From Bacteroidales bacterium UBA3743 (lineage in GTDB: Bacteria; Bacteroidota; Bacteroidia; Bacteroidales; Paludibacteraceae): a DNA stretch of 64,000 nt. The position numbers and the translations under genes are program-made. Every line of letters begins with the position of its first letter. The stretch's first letter is position 1. Below, in pieces: positions 58,201-64,000 of the stretch. Under the pieces are notes generated by a model that did no database searches, had not been told where the DNA came from, and saw nothing but the letters and a program-made list of their open reading frames with translations. The DNA lies in contig DFGT01000032.1 of NCBI GenBank assembly GCA_002371265.1, forward strand, positions 24,102 to 88,101, given 5' to 3'.

Positions 58201-59611
58201 AGTTCAACGCTGTCTGTCCACCGAACGACAAGAAAATACCGTCTGGACGCTCTTTCTGGATGACTCTCTCCACAAACTCAGGAGTGACAGGCAAGAAATA
58301 TACTTTGTCAGCCACACCTTCAGATGTCTGTACTGTAGCGATGTTCGGATTGATAAGCACCGTCTTCACGCCCTCTTCACGAAGAGCCTTCAACGCCTGT
58401 GAGCCAGAGTAGTCGAACTCTCCTGCCTCACCGATTTTCAATGCTCCTGAACCAAGCAACAATACCTTGTTATACTTCTTAGGTCCTGTGAACTTGCCCT
58501 CGTCGATGATGCTTACAGGCTCTTTGCTCTGCTTTGCAACCATATCCACAAATGTGTCGAACAAGAATTCTGTATCTGTAGGACCTGAGCTTGCCTCTGG
58601 ATGGAACTGAGCCGAGAAGAACGGCTTAGACTTATGACGGATACCCTCATTTGTACCGTCGTTCATATTGATGAACAATGGCTCCCAATCAGATGGGATT
58701 GTCTTGTTGTCGACGGCAAAACCGTGGTTCTGCGAAGTGATGTATGCACGTGTGCTGCCTACCATGCTCACAGGCTGGTTGTGGCTGCGGTGACCATACT
58801 TCAATTTATAAGTTTGGGCTCCCGCTGCGATTGAAAGCAACTGGTTACCCATACAAATACCAAAGATTGGCTTATTTTTCTGCAATGCGACGCGGATGTG
58901 CTCCACTGTTTTTCCACAAAGAGCCGGATTACCCGGACCGTTAGAGATGAATAGTCCATCATACTCAAGAGTGTTGAAATCGTAGTCCCAAGGCACGCGA
59001 GTTAGGGTCACATCTCGTTTCAACAAACAACGGATAATATTGTTCTTGACACCACAGTCGACCATCACGATCTTGTACTTACCCTTTCCGTAAGTGACAA
59101 CATCCTTGCAGCTTACCTTAGCCACAAGATTCTCTTCATTCGGATCGACGAACGGAATGTCTTTATTTTCATCAGGGAACACCAACTTACCCTTCATTGC
59201 TCCCTTCTCACGAACGATCTTCGTAAGTTCACGGGTGTCAATACCACATATTCCAGGAATTTTCTCTGCCTTTAGCCAATCACCAAGGCTCTTCACAGCG
59301 TTCCAGTGGCTGTAGCGGTCGGAGTAGTCGGAAATAATGATTGCGGATGCCTGAATTTTGTCAGACTCATAAAATTTGGAAATACCGAACTCATCCTTTT
59401 CGTCGTTTGGCACTCCATAGTTGCCGACGAGTGGGAATGTGACTGTTAACAACTGGCCTGCATAAGATGGATCCGTCAAGCTTTCAGGGTAACCTACCAT
59501 AGCCGTGGCAAATACCACCTCTCCAGAAACAGGAGCCTCGTATCCGAACGATTTTCCTTCAAACACGGTACCATCTTCAAGCACCAAATTAAATGGTCTG
59601 TATGCGTGCAT
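55265..59611 (-). CDS. carAB: Carbamoyl-phosphate synthase, small (glutaminase) and large (synthetase) subunits fused in one ORF
   Basis: It is a single 1448-aa ORF. Residues 1-~360 are CarA-like (GICMGNQ catalytic Cys, FHPE). A linker of ~18 aa follows. Residues ~379-1448 are CarB-like (KVLLLGSGALKIGEAGEFDYSG, two ATP-grasp halves, MGS-like C-terminus). Confidence 0.9.
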   Translation of the reverse strand: MHAYRPFNLVLEDGTVFEGKSFGYEAPVSGEVVFATAMVGYPESLTDPSYAGQLLTVTFPLVGNYGVPNDEKDEFGISKFYESDKIQASAIIISDYSDRYSHWNAVKSLGDWLKAEKIPGICGIDTRELTKIVREKGAMKGKLVFPDENKDIPFVDPNEENLVAKVSCKDVVTYGKGKYKIVMVDCGVKNNIIRCLLKRDVTLTRVPWDYDFNTLEYDGLFISNGPGNPALCGKTVEHIRVALQKNKPIFGICMGNQLLSIAAGAQTYKLKYGHRSHNQPVSMVGSTRAYITSQNHGFAVDNKTIPSDWEPLFINMNDGTNEGIRHKSKPFFSAQFHPEASSGPTDTEFLFDTFVDMVAKQSKEPVSIIDEGKFTGPKKYNKVLLLGSGALKIGEAGEFDYSGSQALKALREEGVKTVLINPNIATVQTSEGVADKVYFLPVTPEFVERVIQKERPDGIFLSFGGQTALNCGVALYKGGILEKYNIEVLGTPVQAIIDTEDREIFNSKLAEINVNYIKSEAVTDIDHALKAANELGYPVIVRAAYALGGLGSGFCNNDEELRILVEKAFSYSPQVLVEKSLKGWKEVEYEVVRDKYDNCITVCNMENFDPLGIHTGESIVVAPSQTLSNKDYHKLRETAIRIIRHIGIVGECNVQYAYDPQSEDYRVIEVNARLSRSSALASKATGYPLAFVAAKLGMGYALPELKNSVTKETSAFFEPALDYIVCKIPRWDLGKFHGVSRLLGSSMKSVGEIMAIGRTFEESIQKGLRMIGQGMHGFVANKDLMSDDLDSALSQPTDKRIFYIAQALHEGYSIERIHELTKIDLWFLQKLENIIRQEKDLAGFNSLKVLPDGILLRAKQLGFSDFQIARLVTKCSNDVIEKEVLNVRAHRKSRGIVPVVKQIDTLAAEYPAQTNYLYVTYSGSANDVKYVGDHKSVVVLGSGAYRIGSSVEFDWCGVNALNTIRKEGLRSVMINYNPETVSTDYDMCDRLYFDELSFERVMDIIEMENPKGVIVSTGGQIPNNLAVKLSDAGVTLLGTQAVDIDRAEDRQKFSSMCDELGIDQPRWSELTSLEDIYGFVDEVGFPVLVRPSYVLSGAAMNVCYDKSQLENFLKLAANVSKKHPVVISEFMERCKEIEIDAVAQNGEIVVYAISEHIEFAGVHSGDATTQFPPQKIYVETVRRIKAIARKIAAALHISGPFNIQFLAKNNEIKVIECNLRSSRSFPFVSKVLKINFIELATRIMLGQKVEKPEKSAFDLDYVGVKASQFSYARLTQADPVHGVDMSSTGEVGCIGDDLSEALLKSLLSVGYKIPKKNVMISSGEAKSKVDLLDACKMLQKNGFDIYATYGTYKFLDENGIKSTPVGWPDEPNAKKNVMEMIHNKEFDLVINIPKNNTEREIKNGYAIRRGAIDFNIPLITNARLASAFIRSVCELKFEDIKIKSWDEY

Positions 59612-59814
59612 ATTCTTTTATTTTTTTCAGTTCTTAAAAAATCGCACAAATTTCGTGATAATTTTTGATTATAGAAAGAGAAATTTGAAAAAATCCGCAA
59701 ATTGTGAATAACGACAAGCTATTTCAACAAAAAATGACAGCAAATACGAGCTTATGGCAGCAATATGTTATTTTACGACTCATCACACGACTATATATAG
59801 TAATAGTAGATAAT

Positions 59815-59846
59815 AAAAAAAGACGGAGCTGTCCGCCGCTCCGTCT
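59815..59846 (-). terminator. Rho-independent terminator after the ctp gene
   Basis: AGACGGAGC (59821-59829) pairs with GCTCCGTCT (59838-59846). On the minus strand it is followed by TTTTTTT. Confidence 0.7.
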
Positions 59847-59892
59847 TCTCTTGACTCAAGAACTCTAATCTCTAAAATTCTGAGCTATACTT

Positions 59893-61629
59893 CTATTTTT
59901 TCTTGTCTTTCTTTCCGTCTTCCTTCACTTTACTTTTTCGATCCACGAAAGATTCCTTGTAAAGTTTAGGATCCTTGATTATCTCAACAGCCTTTTTCAC
60001 CACGTCACTTTGGGTGTTCATGATCTCGTAGTATGTGCCACGTCCCCAAAGGTCGCTGGCGATCAAAGCCTTGATATTGATCTTCATGTGTTCGCGAGAT
60101 CGTTTGATCTGATCCTCATCTCGTTCGATCTTGGCTTCGTCCGCCTGCTTCAACATATCTTCCAGCATATCGTCTGTCACAACAAATGTCTTGTTGAACT
60201 CGGCAAACGATCCTTCCTGCTCATAATCATACTTGCCATTCAGTTTCTCACGGTTTCGCTCCACATATTTCAAGCAATATTTGTTGAGCACTCCCTTGCC
60301 GATCACTTTTCTGTAGTAGGCAGTGTTGTAAGTAGTGTCAAGCGGCACGAACACATCCGGCATGATACCTCCTCCTCCATAGATTGTACGCTCCTTATAT
60401 AAAGTAGTGTACTTCAACGAATCTGGGAAGGAAATGCTGTCTTCATGCATATACTCACCATGAGCCCATCTGTCGCTCAAATCCTTTGCATAGTCTTTGT
60501 TTCCCTTCTTCTCGTATGGCTTCTGCACACATCTTCCTGCAGGAGTATAGTATTTGGCGATTGTAAGACGCATCTCACTTCCATCTGCAAACTTGAACGG
60601 TTTCTGCACCAAACCTTTTCCAAATGTACGGCGGCCAACAATGACAGCTCTGTCAAGATCCTGCAATGCGCCAGCTGTGATCTCCGACGCAGAGGCTGAA
60701 TTCTCGTCTACAAGAATAACAAGTCTGTTTTTATGATCAGCAAGTGTCGTCACATTCTCACGGAACTGACCCTCTTTTCTTTTTGCAGGTGCCATCATTG
60801 CTCCGTCGCCATCAAAGTATCTGTCAGACGAACGGAACTCCTGCCTTGGCTGGTGCACGCCTTCTGTGTAAACCACCATCGAATTATCCGGCACAAACAT
60901 AGACACAAGGTCTTTTGCCGTATTCAAGAATCCACCACCGTTGCCCTGAAGGTCGATAATCATATACTTCATTCCCTGCTTTGAAAGTTTGTTGAAAGCC
61001 TCAACATACTCATCCATAGTGGTGCGCGCATAACGGTTGATCTTGATATAGCCCACCTCATTGTCTATCATATAAGATGCGTCTACACTATACAAAGGAA
61101 TTTTGTCTCTGGTAATCGTAAACTGCAATGGTCCAGTCTCACCGCCTCTAATTACTGTAATATTCACATCCGTGCCACGTGGACCACGCACACGTTTCTG
61201 AATCTCGTTAGTGCTCATCTTAACGATGTTCTCTCCATCTACAGACACTATTTTATCGCCAGCCATGATACCCACCTTCTCTGCAGGAGCTCCACTTATT
61301 GTCTGCATCACCACCATCGTGTCTTCCAACATCTGGAATGTCACACCGATTCCGTCGAAATCACCGCGCAAACCTTCATTGGCTTTTTCAACTTCCTCCT
61401 TTGGAATATATGAGGAATGGGGGTCGAGCGACTGCAACATTGCCGCAATAGCCTCGTCGGCAAACTCTTTCTCGTTGACTGTATCCACATAATTGTTGAT
61501 CACAAAATGAGAAGCCCAAATTATTTTCTGAAGATCAGGAGACAATCCTGATTGCTGCGCGTTCACATAAGAAATTGACATCAACGATATCAAAACCGCA
61601 AAAAATGCTTTTATTTCCTTTCTCATCAC
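59893..61629 (-). CDS. S41 family C-terminal processing peptidase
   Basis: It is 578 aa with a signal peptide, a PDZ region (GIMAGDKIVSVDG), the catalytic Ser region NSASASEI, the Lys region TFGKGLVQ and a Lys-rich tail. Confidence 0.88.
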   Translation of the reverse strand: MMRKEIKAFFAVLISLMSISYVNAQQSGLSPDLQKIIWASHFVINNYVDTVNEKEFADEAIAAMLQSLDPHSSYIPKEEVEKANEGLRGDFDGIGVTFQMLEDTMVVMQTISGAPAEKVGIMAGDKIVSVDGENIVKMSTNEIQKRVRGPRGTDVNITVIRGGETGPLQFTITRDKIPLYSVDASYMIDNEVGYIKINRYARTTMDEYVEAFNKLSKQGMKYMIIDLQGNGGGFLNTAKDLVSMFVPDNSMVVYTEGVHQPRQEFRSSDRYFDGDGAMMAPAKRKEGQFRENVTTLADHKNRLVILVDENSASASEITAGALQDLDRAVIVGRRTFGKGLVQKPFKFADGSEMRLTIAKYYTPAGRCVQKPYEKKGNKDYAKDLSDRWAHGEYMHEDSISFPDSLKYTTLYKERTIYGGGGIMPDVFVPLDTTYNTAYYRKVIGKGVLNKYCLKYVERNREKLNGKYDYEQEGSFAEFNKTFVVTDDMLEDMLKQADEAKIERDEDQIKRSREHMKINIKALIASDLWGRGTYYEIMNTQSDVVKKAVEIIKDPKLYKESFVDRKSKVKEDGKKDKKK

Positions 61630-61724
61630 CTATAATTATCAAATCCAAATGCGAAATTACACATTATTTTATGCATTACCACCCTACCCGCATCAATTAT
61701 TTCCAATATTTAAGAATTTTTAGC

Positions 61725-61760
61725 AAAGAAAAAAGGCTTCACCCAAACGGATGAAGCCTT
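61725..61760 (-). terminator. Rho-independent terminator
   Basis: AAGGCTTCA (61733-61741) pairs with TGAAGCCTT (61752-61760). On the minus strand it is followed by TTTTCTTTG. Confidence 0.6.
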
Positions 61761-61780
61761 ATGTTTTCAGCGTAAAGTTA

Positions 61781-62041
61781 TTACTTTGCAGCCTCAGCAG
61801 CAGCAGCAACAGCCTCAACAGCGTTAGCAACTGTGTCACCAGCAGCCTTAGCAGCAGCAACTACAGAATCAGCAGCAGCAGCTACAGCAGCAGCAGCTGA
61901 ATCAGCCTTTGCGATTGAATCAGCGATTCTGATAGAATCAGCCTTAGCAGCCTCACAAGCAGCCTTGTCACACTTAGATCCACAGCAAGATGCTAGACAT
62001 AGAGCAGCACCAGCAACAAAGAATAGAACAACTTTTTTCAT
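61781..62041 (-). CDS. Small Ala-rich lipoprotein
   Basis: It is 86 aa with the lipobox CLASC, then low-complexity sequence (ADS/AAA repeats) encoded by GCA/GCT-rich DNA. Confidence 0.55.
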   Translation of the reverse strand: MKKVVLFFVAGAALCLASCCGSKCDKAACEAAKADSIRIADSIAKADSAAAAVAAAADSVVAAAKAAGDTVANAVEAVAAAAEAAK

Positions 62042-62091
62042 TTCTCTTGTATATAATATGAATTAAACAAATTCGTTTTTTGAAACCGATG

Positions 62092-62099
62092 CAAAATTA
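62092..62099 (-). promoter_or_regulatory. Candidate -7 box TAATTTTG
   Basis: Plus-strand caaaatta lies 51 nt upstream of the ATG at 62041. Confidence 0.35.
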
Positions 62100-62292
62100 C
62101 ACTTATTTTTAATAACATGCATTAAAAACACGTTTTTTTTCACTTTTTTTTGCTATATTTTTTCCACAATGTAAGCAACACAAATATTTCAATGGCAAAT
62201 TGCAGTGTTTTTCGGGGAAAAATGGTTCATTTTCACACTATAAAAGGGAATACTTATACAAGACTGACGATAGCGATCGACTAAATGAAAAT

Positions 62293-62319
62293 AAAAAAAA
62301 GACGCACGACCGTGCGTCT
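62293..62319 (-). terminator. Rho-independent terminator built from the AGACGCACG...CGTGCGTCT repeat core
   Basis: AGACGCACG (62300-62308) pairs with CGTGCGTCT (62311-62319). On the minus strand it is followed by TTTTTTTT. It lies downstream of the 62363-62713 gene. Confidence 0.65.
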
Positions 62320-62362
62320 CTACGTAATTTTGAATTCAGCATTTTGAATTTAGCATTCAAAA

Positions 62363-62713
62363 TTATTCCTCGTCCTCATTGTCTGTGAAGACTCCTGTTT
62401 TGTCGCAGTATCCGTACTCTCCCTCAAGCACATCTGCAATACGGTCTTCATCAAACTTCTGAGCCAACTTTTCTCCTGCTTTCTTGTCTTTCTCCACCTG
62501 ATCCACTACATACTGAAGAATTTCGTCTTCATCTATATCAACTTCGTCATCTGAATCCTCATCAAAGAATCCCTGCTCTTCGTAGTAATCGTAAAGGATA
62601 TCGAGGATGTATTCCACCTCCTCTGCAGTCGTGTCGGCATACTCTTCATCCAAGTTTGCCAAAATAAAATCCACAGCTTCCTTATCGTCGTATCCGATTT
62701 CGTCTTGTGCCAT
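62363..62713 (-). CDS. Small highly acidic hypothetical protein
   Basis: It is 116 aa, and 44 residues are Asp/Glu by my hand count. It has its own terminator. I recognise no family. Confidence 0.6.
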   Translation of the reverse strand: MAQDEIGYDDKEAVDFILANLDEEYADTTAEEVEYILDILYDYYEEQGFFDEDSDDEVDIDEDEILQYVVDQVEKDKKAGEKLAQKFDEDRIADVLEGEYGYCDKTGVFTDNEDEE

Positions 62714-62792
62714 AATATATTGTTTTTAGTTTATAATTTCATTTTTAATTTGGATGGTTTGAACCCCTTCCTTCAATCCGATTCGAATTGTG

Positions 62793-64000
62793 TCAGGCAC
62801 TCTTCTGTCCCCTCCTCAACACGAATATCTTATTCGATGTCTTTTCATCATTGTCCGTAATCTCAATATCCAAACCATTATTTTCAGCAAAGGTTTTCAT
62901 TTCTTCCGCATCAAAGAAATTGATATTGCGCGACACTTTGTTGAAATGAATGACAGAGGATGTCGAGAACCATTCCGTCAACTTGGTGATTTTATGCGTC
63001 TTCTCCTGGCTCTTGTCTGCATCCCTCACAATGATTTTTCCTCCTTCTTTCAATTTTTCCAGACATTTGCAAAGCACTCTTTCTCGATCTTCCGATGTCA
63101 TATAATGCAACACATCATTGAGAATGAAGACGTCGCTCTCCACAAAATCCGCACTGACAATATCTCCAACACTATATGTTTGGTTTGATGAGACTGAGTA
63201 GCAATGCTGAGCTATCTCAATTTTATCCTCGTCATAGTCGTACGAATGTATCTCGGCACCCGGCAGAGTGTGGCTCAACATAAACGACAGATAGCCATAG
63301 CCACATCCCAAATCTGAGACGACGGAATTGTCCGGAATCTGTTGCCAATACTTCAGATAATCATTCTCCAATCTGATTTTGACTTTGGTGTAATACTCAA
63401 GCACCGGACCTTTCAGAATAAAGTTCTGCTCCAACAGATGACGGAAATATGGATTCTTTGGTGTATCAATGTCTCTGCAAAGCTCATCATACTCTTTCTT
63501 TATCATCGCTTCATATTCTGCGGCATCTTCCTTGAACAGTCTTTTCGCTCTGTCGGACGGTGCGCAAGCTCTTCTTTCGCATACCTTCATCGCGATATTC
63601 GTGCGGCCTACATATATAATATCACCTTTGCGGATTCCGTAATGATGGCCGGCGAAGACAACTGGCAGAATGTCGATGCCAAGCTCACTCGCCAAGAAAA
63701 ATGCTCCAGGATGAAATTTTGCGATTTTTCCGTCGACACTTCTTTCGCCTTCTGGGAAAACACAGATACTATACCCGTTGGCTACCAACGATTTTAGCTG
63801 TGGTATGTAGTCTTCAGTGGCGTCGTCGCTACAAAAAAAGCCTGACAGATGAAGAAGTATTCCATAGACAGGTGAATTCCAGTTGGTCTTCTTTGCCATA
63901 ATCACCACTTTTGGTGTAAGTGCCATCACTCGCACAATGTCGAGCACCGACTGATGGTTGGCAATTATCATCGCTGGTTTTGTAAAATTCTCGTGCGTAT
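62793..64000 (-). CDS. PlsC-like acyltransferase domain fused to a class I SAM-dependent methyltransferase domain (5' end beyond the window)
   Basis: The reading frame stays open upstream of the listed Met to base 64000. NHQSVLD (HX4D) and FPEGERS are acyltransferase motifs. VSDLGCGYGYLS is methyltransferase motif I, followed by ILNDVLHYM and IIVRD. Confidence 0.75.
   Translation of the reverse strand, partial: THENFTKPAMIIANHQSVLDIVRVMALTPKVVIMAKKTNWNSPVYGILLHLSGFFCSDDATEDYIPQLKSLVANGYSICVFPEGERSVDGKIAKFHPGAFFLASELGIDILPVVFAGHHYGIRKGDIIYVGRTNIAMKVCERRACAPSDRAKRLFKEDAAEYEAMIKKEYDELCRDIDTPKNPYFRHLLEQNFILKGPVLEYYTKVKIRLENDYLKYWQQIPDNSVVSDLGCGYGYLSFMLSHTLPGAEIHSYDYDEDKIEIAQHCYSVSSNQTYSVGDIVSADFVESDVFILNDVLHYMTSEDRERVLCKCLEKLKEGGKIIVRDADKSQEKTHKITKLTEWFSTSSVIHFNKVSRNINFFDAEEMKTFAENNGLDIEITDNDEKTSNKIFVLRRGQKSA

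Noticed and set aside
61781-62041. CAG/GCA trinucleotide runs (e.g. 61796-61812, 61870-61900) as a possible phase-variation switch.
   Set aside because: The runs are short and in-frame, since triplet changes keep the frame. They simply encode the Ala-rich low-complexity region.

Overview
This looks like a chromosomal segment of a Bacteroidota genome, probably Bacteroidales and Prevotella-like. That is inferred from TAnnTTTG -7 promoter boxes, a T9SS C-terminal sorting domain, many lipoproteins and the gene families present. The left third holds a truncated GH8-like secreted glycosidase, a 62-spacer CRISPR array (3269-7391) and an eight-gene type I cas operon. The operon order, cas6-cas5-cas3-cas8-cas7-cas4-cas1-cas2, is neither the textbook I-B nor the I-C order. 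Directly upstream is a split-kinase HipBST-type three-gene toxin-antitoxin operon with three phased palindromic operators. Next come ung, dnaB, a HigB-like/Xre pair bracketed by ~260-bp direct repeats, mutS2 and folE. About 40 housekeeping and envelope genes follow, including glmS, recJ, a ClC channel, tcdA, dnaJ-grpE, pyrH, nudC, panE, rnr, cysS, rpsF-rpsR-rplI, a fused carA-carB and a Ctp protease. The intergenic DNA is unusually structured. It contains a co-oriented family of mosaic repeats: GAGACG...CGTCTC hairpins flanked by 7-nt-phased ATT arrays, one copy expanded into a ~90-bp tandem repeat. It also contains a second hairpin family with a compensatory base-pair change, and a scar of duplicated nudC/panE 3' ends around an accessory lipoprotein gene. 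I recognised no rRNA, tRNA, transposase or integrase. I did not find a clear-cut, wholly novel multi-gene system; the most unusual candidates are ranked in the findings. All coordinates were indexed by hand and no database search or folding program was available.
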